Below, in pieces: positions 23,806-31,220 of a stretch of 32,000 bases of DNA (its first letter is position 1; each line of letters opens with the position of its first letter). The position numbers and the translations under genes are program-made. Below the pieces are notes generated by a model. It worked only from the letters and a program-made list of their open reading frames with translations. It was not told where the DNA came from and did not search any database. Origin of the DNA: Delftia acidovorans NBRC 14950 (GTDB taxonomy: Bacteria; Pseudomonadota; Gammaproteobacteria; Burkholderiales; Burkholderiaceae_C); assembly GCF_001598795.1 (NCBI RefSeq), contig NZ_BCZP01000038.1:1-32000 (forward strand), read 5' to 3'.

Positions 23806-24393
23806 TTAATTGATCGTACCTGTAGGGACTGTTGAATTTCGTGTCGACTGGATCATTGCACCAGCCAGCAGGTCCATCTGCGGGCTGGGCTCCACCCGGC
23901 GCCCCTCCAGCGCCTTGAGCTTGCCTTCCAGCTCCTTGATGCGCGCGGCCATCTCGCGGCGGGTGGCGGCCTGCTGGAGCTGCAGTTCCTGTGCCAGCAG
24001 GCCGACGTCGTGCTGCAGCTGAAGGTTGCTGTGCTGCATGGCGTTGCCCTGGGTGCGGAGGGCGATGATGCGCAACTCGCGGGGCCAGATCCGCAACTGC
24101 TGGTCGCCAACCTCGATCAGCGTCATGCCGTCATCGAGGTCTGCGAAGTAGACCGGACGCGGCGCCCCGGGACCCTTGACCAGCTCGTACACACCATCGG
24201 TGGTCCGCCGCAGGATGCCCTCGACATCGATCATCCGGGAGACGTGGTCGTCGATGATGTGATAGCTCTTGCCGGTCAGGTCCATGAGCCGCTGTCGTGT
24301 GATGTTCTGGCCGAGATGCGCCATCTCCAGGATGTGATCCCAGATGATTTCGCGTGTGGTGCGTTCGTCGTGCTGTGGCGTGGTGGTGGTCAT
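23806..24393 (-). CDS. 195-aa protein with putative winged-helix N-terminal half and C-terminal coiled coil (possible regulator)
   Basis: ATG 24393 with GGGAGAA SD: ...ITRQRLMDLTGKSYHIIDDHVSRMIDVEGILRRTTDGVYEL...ELQLQQAATRREMAARIKELEGKLKALEG. It is the last GC-rich early gene before the packaging module. Confidence 0.7.
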   Translation of the reverse strand: MTTTTPQHDERTTREIIWDHILEMAHLGQNITRQRLMDLTGKSYHIIDDHVSRMIDVEGILRRTTDGVYELVKGPGAPRPVYFADLDDGMTLIEVGDQQLRIWPRELRIIALRTQGNAMQHSNLQLQHDVGLLAQELQLQQAATRREMAARIKELEGKLKALEGRRVEPSPQMDLLAGAMIQSTRNSTVPTGTIN

Positions 24394-24465
24394 GGCGTTC
24401 TCCCGGTAAACTGTTGCTTGCTCAGGACATCAGTCCGGGATCGCCCGCCTCGCGCGGGCTTTCCT

Positions 24466-24921
24466 TTATCCGGGCCGGATCTGCCGGAACTTCAGCATCT
24501 CCTTCATCGACCAGTGCGCGGCCTCCACGGCGATGCCGTTGCGGTCGATCTCCAGCAACTGGTCGAACACCTGGGTAGCTTGCAGCGCGATTTCCAGCTC
24601 TGGCTGCGTCAGCTGCACCTTCCCCCAGCGTGCCCAGCGGGCGCACACCGGTTCGTACAGTTCCAGCTGCGCATTGACGGTCTGGGCGGCCTCCTCGGTC
24701 AGCGGCTCGCCGTCCTGCTGGAGCAGCCACATCATTCGGCTGTAGGTCGTGCCGGTCTCGATCCAGTCGAGTAGGTGCGCATAGGTGGCGCCTCCCTGGG
24801 CGATAGTCTGCAGCAGGTCGTGGTGCACGAGTTTGGCTTCGACCTTCGTGGACTCGGCCAGCTTGGGTCGCCAGAACTTCGGCAGTGGGGCCGGCGCGCG
24901 GTGTTGGTGATGGCGCTTCAT
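24466..24921 (-). CDS. 151-aa hypothetical early protein
   Basis: ATG 24921 overlaps the ninB stop (ATGA); the track ORF extends to 24981. MKRHHQHRAPAPLPKFWRPKLAESTKVEAKLVHHDLLQTIAQGGATYAHLLDWIETGTTYSRMMWLL... Confidence 0.65.
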   Translation of the reverse strand: MKRHHQHRAPAPLPKFWRPKLAESTKVEAKLVHHDLLQTIAQGGATYAHLLDWIETGTTYSRMMWLLQQDGEPLTEEAAQTVNAQLELYEPVCARWARWGKVQLTQPELEIALQATQVFDQLLEIDRNGIAVEAAHWSMKEMLKFRQIRPG

Positions 24922-25376
24922 GGCCGGTCGTCCCACGGTTTGAACACCACGCCGGCCTCGGTGCCGAAGGCATAGAGCCATTCGACGAAGCCCTTGGCCA
25001 GCTTGTTCGAGAACTTCTTCGTGGGCACGCCCAGCATCACGACCTCACCGCGCAGGCCACGGCCCATCCGCATCTCGCCCAGGCGTACCCACTCGTCGCG
25101 AAACTGCACATCGTCCAGCGTGTCCACGCGGAAGGCGCTGATCAGGATGCGCTTGGCGTCCTCCACGTTGGCGAGGTCGCCACCCAGCTGCTGGCTGATT
25201 TGGCGGATCTGGCTGTGGAAGTGGCGGCTGTGGCGCTCCTCCCTGCACTCGGGCCGGATCTCCAGCACCAGGCGCTTTCCCTCGCGCAGCCAGCCTTTGA
25301 TCTGCCGCCAGGCGCTGAGGATGGCGATATGCCCCTGCTCGGGCGTCTTGAGCAGGACGGTGAGGTGTTCGCTCAT
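24918..25376 (-). CDS. ninB: NinB/Orf-family recombination mediator, 152 aa
   Basis: Colinear with lambda NinB. LEIRPECREERHSRHFHSQIRQISQQL corresponds to IQERNRSLDQNRKLWACLGDVSRQV. GVPTKKFSNKLAKGFVEWLYAFGTEAGVVFKPWD corresponds to GQSTSRMRVGEFAELLELIQAFGTERGVKWSD. Comparison made from memory of lambda NinB. Confidence 0.75.
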   Translation of the reverse strand: MSEHLTVLLKTPEQGHIAILSAWRQIKGWLREGKRLVLEIRPECREERHSRHFHSQIRQISQQLGGDLANVEDAKRILISAFRVDTLDDVQFRDEWVRLGEMRMGRGLRGEVVMLGVPTKKFSNKLAKGFVEWLYAFGTEAGVVFKPWDDRP

Positions 25377-25849
25377 GCCAGCGCTCCCAGCAGGTCACCC
25401 TGCTCCGGCACGGGCGCGGTGGCCACGGCCAGCGATGTGATGGTCACGACCAGCTTGCCGCCCTCCACGGGCTCGCCACGCTGGGCGTTGATGCTGCGCA
25501 CCCAGCGGTCGTCCTCGATGGCCACGCCCTTGAGCGCGTCCAGCAGCACCTTCTGGGCGTTGTCCAGGTCGATGCACTGCACGGTGTCGTCCCATGCCAT
25601 GGGGTCGCGCTTCGCGCGGCGCGCCCAGTCCTGGGGCCGGTGCGGGTGCAGGGTGTAGGCGATGGCCACGCGGCCGGCGATGGGGCTGCGCACGCCCGCG
25701 GCCCTGGCCAGCCAGCCCACCTTTTCCTTGAATTCCTTCGCCTCGGTCGAAACGTAGGTCATGGCCATGCTGGCCGAGCCCTTGCGGATCACGCGGGTCT
25801 GCCAGTAGCGGTTCGCGCTGATGGGGTACGGGAGAGTGAGGGTGATCAT
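25373..25849 (-). CDS. rusA: RusA-family Holliday junction resolvase, 158 aa
   Basis: C-terminal part of the out-of-frame track ORF 25373..26767, starting at ATG 25849: MITLTLPYPISANRYWQTRV...CIDLDNAQKVLLDALKGVAIEDDRWV. It carries RusA hallmarks (P.S.N.Y and D.DN..K...DAL). ATGA overlap with ninB. Confidence 0.85.
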   Translation of the reverse strand: MITLTLPYPISANRYWQTRVIRKGSASMAMTYVSTEAKEFKEKVGWLARAAGVRSPIAGRVAIAYTLHPHRPQDWARRAKRDPMAWDDTVQCIDLDNAQKVLLDALKGVAIEDDRWVRSINAQRGEPVEGGKLVVTITSLAVATAPVPEQGDLLGALA

Positions 25850-25860
25850 GGATGGGGCTT

Positions 25861-27255
25861 TCACTCGAAGTCGGCCGAACGGCCAGGGGTGGTGCTCGGC
25901 TTCTCGCCGTTCCAGTTCTCGAAGCGGACCAGGTGGCCCGTGTACTTGAGGTTCAGATCGCCCGTTGCGCCGCCGCGCTGCTTGGCCACACGCAGGCAGG
26001 CGTAGTACCGCCAGGCGTCGCCCAGGCTGGGCTTCAGGTGGATGGGGCGGTGCGGAAAAATGATGATGTCGGCGTCCTGCTCGACGTCGCCACACTCGCG
26101 CAGGTCGGACATCATTGGCATCTGGTCCACGCGCTTTTCGACCTCGCGGTTCAGCTGGACCAGCAGCAGCACGGTGATGCCCAGCTCCTTGGCCAGCTTC
26201 TTCAGGTTGCGAGAGATCTCCCCGAGTTGCGCCGTCCGGTTGTCCTTCGGGTTCGTGGGCTCCATCAGGCCCAGGTAGTCCACGATCAGCAGCCGCAGGC
26301 CGTGCCTGCGCTTCAGGGCGCGGGCCTTGGTGCGCAGCGTGTTGATGTTCAAGCCGGTGCGATCGTTGACGTAGAACGGCAGCTTTCGAATACGCTCGGC
26401 CGCAGCGGTCACAGCATGGAAGTCGTTGTCCAGCATGCGCCCCTTGGGCCTGCGGATCAGGCTCAGGGAGACCTCGGACTCCATTGCGACCTGGCGCTCG
26501 TACAGCGATGCCCGCGACATTTCCAGCGAGAACATGGCCACGGTCTGCCCCAGCTTGGCTGCGTGCATGCCGATGGTGGCCGCCAGCGCAGTCTTGCCCA
26601 TCGATGGCCGCGCGCCGATCACGACGTAGTCGCCAGGCCGTGTCCCGCCATCGAGGATGTGGTCCAGATCGCGGAGGCCCGTTGGGAGGAACGGCTCCTC
26701 GATGCCGACACAGCGCTCGTCCAGCTCGCTCAGGAACTCGACCATGCCGGCGTCGGAGCTGACCCACTCGTCTCCTGGGCCGTCCTGCACCAGGCCTGCC
26801 AGCTGCGCCGACACCTGCTCGATCCGGTCACCGATGGGCACAGCATGGTCGCGCGCCAGCTCGCGGGCCTTGTCCACCACGCCCAGCAGTTGGCGGCTCA
26901 GCGCACGCTCCCGGACGATTTCGGCGTAGCGTCGGGCCGAGGAGCCCGAGACGGAGCCGGCCTCCGTCAGGTCGTGCAGGTACTTCAGCTCCACCGCGCA
27001 GCGCAGCTGCTCGTGCACGGTCAGCGGGTCCACAGCCTTGGCGGCCACGGCCAGCGCGGAGATGGCGCCGTAGATCGCGCCGTGGGTCTCGTCGGCGAAG
27101 TCCGCAGGCTGCAGGATGTCGCCCACCACGTCGTACAGGGCGCTGCTCAGCAGCAGGGAGCCCAGGACAGCGTGCTCAGCCTCGTAGCTGGCCAGCGGCA
27201 CCGCGACGGCGCCGTCGAAATCTTCGTCCAGGGGGGGCATGGAGCGGGCGTTCAT
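25861..27255 (-). CDS. dnaB: Replicative DNA helicase DnaB, 464 aa
   Basis: ATG 27255 (ATGA overlap with the upstream gene). N-terminal AEHAVLGSLLL, Walker A GARPSMGKTALA, IVDYLGLM, ISRNLKKLAKELGITVLLLVQLNREVEKR. Confidence 0.92.
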   Translation of the reverse strand: MNARSMPPLDEDFDGAVAVPLASYEAEHAVLGSLLLSSALYDVVGDILQPADFADETHGAIYGAISALAVAAKAVDPLTVHEQLRCAVELKYLHDLTEAGSVSGSSARRYAEIVRERALSRQLLGVVDKARELARDHAVPIGDRIEQVSAQLAGLVQDGPGDEWVSSDAGMVEFLSELDERCVGIEEPFLPTGLRDLDHILDGGTRPGDYVVIGARPSMGKTALAATIGMHAAKLGQTVAMFSLEMSRASLYERQVAMESEVSLSLIRRPKGRMLDNDFHAVTAAAERIRKLPFYVNDRTGLNINTLRTKARALKRRHGLRLLIVDYLGLMEPTNPKDNRTAQLGEISRNLKKLAKELGITVLLLVQLNREVEKRVDQMPMMSDLRECGDVEQDADIIIFPHRPIHLKPSLGDAWRYYACLRVAKQRGGATGDLNLKYTGHLVRFENWNGEKPSTTPGRSADFE

Positions 27256-28211
27256 GCTGTGGTCCTCGTTTTTTCGATGACGTGCTTCATGCCCTTTTCG
27301 CTGAGCAGGAAGTCGAGATCGCACTGCCAGCTGGCGTGCTCTCCGCTGCGGTAGCCGCGGCCCATAAGGAAGTCGTTGTCGCGGGCACGGCCGAAGTACT
27401 CGCGGAACCAGGTCACAGCCTGCTCAGCGGTCTCCGCGCGGGGCGTGTTGTCGGATTTCTTGCTTGTCAGGACGAACTTCCAGAGCTTGCCCACGGCCTT
27501 GCGGCGGCCATCGTTGAGCAGGCGAACCTTCGGCAGTTCGGGCAGGACTTCGTGGTAGAGGTCAACCAGGTCCTGAACCGGGCAGTTCGGCAGTCCAGGC
27601 TTGCCAGGTGCGGTTTCGCCGGGCTGGTCGTCGGCGCTGCCGACAGAGCCGTTAGGCTCTTTCTTTTCCTGTTCCTGTTCCTGTTCCTGTTCCTGTTCCT
27701 GTTCCTGATTAGGCATAGCCTTCGGGGAAGCCTTTCCGAAAGTCTCATCGAAAGCCTTCCCGAAAGCCTCTCCGAGCGCATGAACACTGGCTCTCAGGTG
27801 CTCCAGGGCCTCGCGCTTCAGGTCGCATTCGGGGATCAGGTCGAATTCAGCAGCCCAGCTCTTGACCACGTTGGGGGACTCGGGCCGGTTGTGCTTGATG
27901 GCGTTCGGAACCCACATGACGCGGGCTTTGAAGTCGGCTTTCACCATCCCTTGTTGGAAGACTTCCCGGAAGGCTTTGTCAAAGGCTTCCAGATCCCAAT
28001 CCAGTTCCTCGGCCATAGCAGCACGGCCAGCGCGGAACAAACCGGGAATGGGGCCTGTGTGGGGGCCGGTGATCAGAAAGAGCCACAGGCCCTGCCCGCA
28101 GGGCGGCATCGCTGACAGGCGGCGGAATTTCTCGTCGCCCCAGGTGCGCACCTCGACCTTGCGGTAGCGACTTGGCGCGCGGGCGGCTTTGGGGATATCG
28201 GTATCGATCAC
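27252..28211 (-). CDS. Putative replication initiator / replisome organiser (helicase loader partner), 319 aa
   Basis: GTG 28211 overlaps the upstream stop (GTGA). It is directly coupled to dnaB. Two domains are joined by an acidic NQEQEQEQEQEQEQEKKE linker. The C-terminal ...WFREYFGRARDNDFLMGRGYRSGEHASWQCDLDFLLSEKGMKHVIE resembles conserved C-termini of phage replication proteins. Confidence 0.7.
   Translation of the reverse strand: MIDTDIPKAARAPSRYRKVEVRTWGDEKFRRLSAMPPCGQGLWLFLITGPHTGPIPGLFRAGRAAMAEELDWDLEAFDKAFREVFQQGMVKADFKARVMWVPNAIKHNRPESPNVVKSWAAEFDLIPECDLKREALEHLRASVHALGEAFGKAFDETFGKASPKAMPNQEQEQEQEQEQEQEKKEPNGSVGSADDQPGETAPGKPGLPNCPVQDLVDLYHEVLPELPKVRLLNDGRRKAVGKLWKFVLTSKKSDNTPRAETAEQAVTWFREYFGRARDNDFLMGRGYRSGEHASWQCDLDFLLSEKGMKHVIEKTRTTA
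27668..27707. repeat. Hexanucleotide microsatellite (CCTGTT)x6 plus a partial unit, encoding (EQ)n in the replication initiator
   Basis: Direct reading: cctgttcctgttcctgttcctgttcctgttcctgttcctga. Confidence 0.95.
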
Positions 28212-28357
28212 TGCGCGCGCCCTTCATAGGCGGCAGCGAAGGCCTGGCCAGCGGGTGTCGTGGCTGGCCAAGGGCATGCCTGTTCCAGGGGCTGGCCAGC
28301 AGCGCGCGCGGCAGCCGCCAGGGCCTTGATGCGGTCGAGGCTGACGACTTCAGACAT
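28208..28357 (-). CDS. Small hypothetical protein, 49 aa
   Basis: ATG 28357 overlaps the upstream stop (ATGTCTGA): MSEVVSLDRIKALAAAARAAGQPLEQACPWPATTPAGQAFAAAYEGRAQ. Its stop overlaps the GTG of the next gene. It is supported mainly by translational-coupling geometry. Confidence 0.45.
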   Translation of the reverse strand: MSEVVSLDRIKALAAAARAAGQPLEQACPWPATTPAGQAFAAAYEGRAQ

Positions 28358-28883
28358 TGCCGCCCTCCTCGCCCCGGGGAGCCGATGCCGCGCTGAATGG
28401 ATTGCTGGGCACGCGGGCCATCGTGATACTGGACCTATGCCATTGCTCAACAGCCCAGCAGTTCAGGATCTGACGAATCACCGCGCCGCGGCTGGCGTCG
28501 GGGTCCACGCTCTCGTTCAGGTTGCGAACGTAGGCCTCGATCACGTCCAGCGTGAACGTGCGCACCGAAGCCCGCACCTCGACATAGTCGCTCTCGACGT
28601 CCCGGCCCGGGCGCAGGCGGACCTGCACGACTTCGAAGGGGTTCTCGGGCACCAGGCCCACCTTCATCTTCGATTCGTTCCAGCAGCGGTTGGCCCAGTC
28701 GTCCAGGACCTCGGTGATGATCTGGTTGCGGCTGGTGCGCGGGTCGGCATAGCGCAGGCGGCTGTGCAGTTCGGCCTCCAGCATGTTGGCCGTGAAGCTG
28801 TGCAGGTTCACGCGCATGTGCGTGAAGTCCAGCTCTGGATTACGGCTGCGCGCGTACTGCGGCATGGGGTAGTTCTGGTTCAT
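28350..28883 (-). CDS. 177-aa protein made of two tandem ribbon-helix-helix-like modules; first gene of the leftward early operon
   Basis: ATG 28883 with AGGA SD (the track ORF extends to 29048). It has an internal duplication. The first module is MRVNLHSFTANMLEAELHSRLRYADPRTSRNQIITEVLDDWANRCW...VPENPF. The second is VRASVRTFTLDVIEAYVRNLNESVDPDASRGAVIRQILNCWAVEQW...VPSNPF. Each fits the RHH pattern (beta strand, helix, SR..I....L helix). Confidence 0.65.
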   Translation of the reverse strand: MNQNYPMPQYARSRNPELDFTHMRVNLHSFTANMLEAELHSRLRYADPRTSRNQIITEVLDDWANRCWNESKMKVGLVPENPFEVVQVRLRPGRDVESDYVEVRASVRTFTLDVIEAYVRNLNESVDPDASRGAVIRQILNCWAVEQWHRSSITMARVPSNPFSAASAPRGEEGGNV

Positions 28884-29069
28884 GTCTTTGTCCTGGCTGT
28901 GGTGGTCGTGGAGGACGAGGCCCTGGACGACGAATGGGACGTCAGCCGCAGGGAGCTGGATGCGTTGCTGTATGGGCTGGCGCAGCGGCGGGCCGGCAGC
29001 GAAGGGGTGCCCGCCACCTCTCGGGGCAGAATGGAAGTTCTTACACAACCATTCCCGAGAGGGGCGGAC

Positions 29070-29576
29070 ATGAACATTCCAGAGTTACTGGTTGCCGCGA
29101 AAGGCGCATACGAGCTTGTGGCCGTGGGCATCGCAGCACGCGACGATGCGAAGGTCAGCGAAGCAATGTCGGAGCTTCGGCAGAAGCTGTGGGATGCCTC
29201 AGCCATGGGCTTTTCCCAGATGGAGAAGCTGCACGGCCTCGAATTCGAGGCGCAGGCACTCCGAATGAAGTTGGCCAATGCGGAAAGAGGTCTTGAAGAC
29301 CTGAAACGCCAGATCGCTGATGACGCCAAGTACGACTTGGCCGAAATACCAATTGGCAAATGGGTGCAGGTTCGTATAGAGGACGCGGAGAAGCCGGTGG
29401 AGCGCCGCCCCAACTTTTGTAGCTCGTGCCACAGCGCGGGCCGCAAAACGCCACTTCAGTACAAGGAGGCGACGGTAAGTGAGCCGAGCCGCCTCTACTG
29501 CCCTGTGGAGAGCAAGCACTCGATTTACTTTGGAGAACGGCTTCCGCAGGCCTCGACTCAGCCACTTCTCTACTGA
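29070..29576 (+). CDS. 168-aa protein: N-terminal coiled coil plus C-terminal Cys/His cluster; opposite strand, wedged between cro and the early operon
   Basis: Only the distal part of track ORF 28260..29576 looks real. ATG 29070 after gagaGGGGcggac: MNIPELLVAAKGAYELVAVGIAARDDAKVSEAMSELRQKLWD...LEDLKRQIADDAKYDLAEIPIGKWVQVRIEDAEKPVERRPNFCSSCHSAGRKTPLQYKEATVSEPSRLYCPVESKH. GC3 is lower than in the neighbours. Confidence 0.6.
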   Translation: MNIPELLVAAKGAYELVAVGIAARDDAKVSEAMSELRQKLWDASAMGFSQMEKLHGLEFEAQALRMKLANAERGLEDLKRQIADDAKYDLAEIPIGKWVQVRIEDAEKPVERRPNFCSSCHSAGRKTPLQYKEATVSEPSRLYCPVESKHSIYFGERLPQASTQPLLY

Positions 29577-29607
29577 AGCGCAGGCCGTTAGCATCTGGCG
29601 CCACGCG

Positions 29608-29871
29608 TCATGCATGGCCCGCCTCCTGAGTGCCTGGCTGGGGGGCGGGTACTGGCAGGGGCTCTCGCCCGTAGACCTGATCAAGGCTCACCACAAGCCC
29701 GCGACCAAGGGAGAAATCAATCAGCCGAAGCGCGACATGCACGGGCATGGACTGCTGCCCGGATTCGTAGTTGGCGATGTTTCCTTGGCTGCATTCGATG
29801 CCAACGCCAAGCTCTTTTTGGGTCACCCCCAGGAGCGACCGGATGGGTTTGAGTGTCTGCATGACGCTCAT
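29608..29871 (-). CDS. cro: Cro-type XRE-family HTH regulator, 87 aa (84 aa if the second ATG at 29862 is used)
   Basis: Distal part of track ORF 29608..30291: MSVMQTLKPIRSLLGVTQKELGVGIECSQGNIANYESGQQSMPVHVALRLIDF... is a classic HTH_XRE. It is divergent from the repressor gene across a 73-bp operator region. Confidence 0.8.
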   Translation of the reverse strand: MSVMQTLKPIRSLLGVTQKELGVGIECSQGNIANYESGQQSMPVHVALRLIDFSLGRGLVVSLDQVYGREPLPVPAPQPGTQEAGHA

Positions 29872-29938
29872 TATCAGCGCCGCTGGTTTGACAGTCAACC
29901 AGCGGCGCTGATCGATCAAAACCAGCGCGCCTGATACT
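29870..29938. promoter_or_regulatory. Divergent switch region: 40-bp palindromic operator, leftward promoter, and candidate weak rightward (PRM-like) promoter
   Basis: Inverted repeat ATCAGCGCCGCTGGTT (29873-29888) / AACCAGCGGCGCTGAT (29897-29912). On the minus strand, -35 TTGACT (29898-29893), 17 nt, -10 GATAAT (29875-29870); the -10 overlaps the first cro ATG. On the plus strand, GATACT (29933-29938) lies 6 nt before the cI ATG. An extra half-site-like ACCAGCGCGCCTGAT is at 29921-29935. Confidence 0.65.
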
Positions 29939-29944
29939 TGAGCC

Positions 29945-30652
29945 ATGAGTAGCAAGAAAGCCATAGTCACGGACGAGCACCGCGAAGAGGCGCGGGCCCT
30001 GCGTGAAATCTGGAACAGGGTCAAGCCCAGAAACCAGAAGGAGTTCGGCGCAGAGTTCGGGATCGGCGGGCAGACCGCCGTCAGCAACTTCCTGAGCGGC
30101 ACATCGGCCCTCAGCCTGAAAGCGGCGGCGGGCTTCGCTGCTGGCTTGGGCTGCCGCATCGAGGACTTCAGCCCCCGTCTGGCAGCCCCCGCAGCACAGA
30201 TCGCCGAGCTGACGCCTCCCCCACCGCCATCAAGCGACGAATACACGTCAGTTCGATATGCAAACGTGCGCTTCGCAAATGGTTCGGGCAAGGTGGCCTA
30301 CGTCGCTGCCGACAAGCCCGCCCTGGTGTTCCGCACCGACTTCCTGAAGAGAGCGGGTGTCTCCCAGGCAAATGCCGTCGTGGTGGATGCCAAGGGACAC
30401 AGCAACGAGCCGAAGATTCCCGACGGCTCTATCGTCTTGGTGGACCGAGGAGACAAAGAGCGTCTGAACGGAGACTTCTACGCGTTCCGTGCTGACGGCG
30501 AATTGCTAATCAAGCGCCTACAGAACGTTCCCGGGGCAGGCGTCCTTGCGATTGCTGAAAACCCGAGCTTCAAACCCAAGCAGGTCATGTACCAAGAAGG
30601 CGATGATTTCGAGGTAATTGGGCGGGCTGTCTGGGCCGGCATCATGCTCTGA
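29945..30652 (+). CDS. cI: cI-type repressor, N-terminal HTH plus C-terminal S24 (LexA-like) autopeptidase domain, 235 aa
   Basis: HTH: NQKEFGAEFGIGGQTAVSNFLSG. S24 features: GHSNEPKIPDGSIVLVD (Ser motif in place of G.SM.P) and ELLIKRL (Lys). It is divergent from the cro-type gene. Confidence 0.88.
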   Translation: MSSKKAIVTDEHREEARALREIWNRVKPRNQKEFGAEFGIGGQTAVSNFLSGTSALSLKAAAGFAAGLGCRIEDFSPRLAAPAAQIAELTPPPPPSSDEYTSVRYANVRFANGSGKVAYVAADKPALVFRTDFLKRAGVSQANAVVVDAKGHSNEPKIPDGSIVLVDRGDKERLNGDFYAFRADGELLIKRLQNVPGAGVLAIAENPSFKPKQVMYQEGDDFEVIGRAVWAGIML

Positions 30653-30688
30653 ACCTACCGCCCCACTCGTTCCACTCCAGCTCAAAAG

Positions 30689-30712
30689 ACCCGCACCTCG
30701 CGGGTTTTTTTT
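30689..30712 (+). terminator. Rho-independent terminator after the repressor gene
   Basis: ACCCGC-ACCTC-GCGGGT stem-loop followed by a run of T residues extending to 30712. Confidence 0.8.
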
Positions 30713-30751
30713 CGTCCATTCGCAAGAACTACCAGCGCACAGGAAATAAAA

Positions 30752-30794
30752 ATCAGCGGCGCTGGTTGACACACATACCAGCGCCGCTGATAAT
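30752..30794 (+). promoter_or_regulatory. Second operator copy embedded in a near-consensus rightward sigma70 promoter
   Basis: Inverted repeat ATCAGCGGCGCTGGT (30752-30766) / ACCAGCGCCGCTGAT (30777-30791). -35 TTGACA (30766-30771), 17 nt, -10 GATAAT (30789-30794). It has the same architecture as the leftward promoter at 29870-29898. Confidence 0.7.
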
Positions 30795-31220
30795 AAATCC
30801 CAGCAGCCCACACAGCGCATCAGCGCCAGGGCTGTTGGGCACCACGGCATCGACCGGCGCGCTCTGGCTCTTGCAGCAAGCACGGCTGGGTAAAGACAGG
30901 GCACCGCGGGCATGGCGCGGATGGATTCCTAAACCTGCCGGTGCGAAGGCTAGTAGCGCTCTGCCCCTGGATGGGATCAGGCATCGCGAACGAGATATGG
31001 CGCCGCATGTATGCCGGACTTGAGCCGGCAGCAGGCGAGCTACCGCTGCACTGCGAACCGCCTCCTGGGTCAAGAAAACGGGAGTGAGGCATGAACTGGG
31101 ATGCCAAGAAAAGAAAAGCCCAGATCAACGCCCTCCCCGAGCGCATCGGGGCGAAACAAAAGAGGCTTCTCGATGCGGGAGGCCTTTTCTGTTTCCGCCA
31201 CCACCACAGGAGAGACCACC

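Noticed and set aside
25373-26767. 464-aa minus-strand ORF spanning rusA and half of dnaB
   Set aside because: Upstream of residue M(ITLTL) the sequence is Arg/Pro/Gly-rich junk in a frame overlapping the clearly genuine DnaB frame. Only the last 158 codons (RusA) are real.
25852-27354. 500-aa + strand ORF
   Set aside because: It is antisense to dnaB, which carries diagnostic helicase motifs. It has no motifs of its own.
28260-29069. N-terminal 270 codons of the 438-aa + ORF 28260..29576
   Set aside because: It is antisense to the tandem-RHH gene and the 49-aa gene, and its composition is artefact-like. Only the part from ATG 29070 has protein-like sequence and an SD.
29872-30291. N-terminal extension of the cro-type ORF (track 29608..30291, 227 aa)
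   Set aside because: The extension runs antisense through the cI repressor gene and across the operator region. The HTH domain starts at the ATG at 29871/29862.
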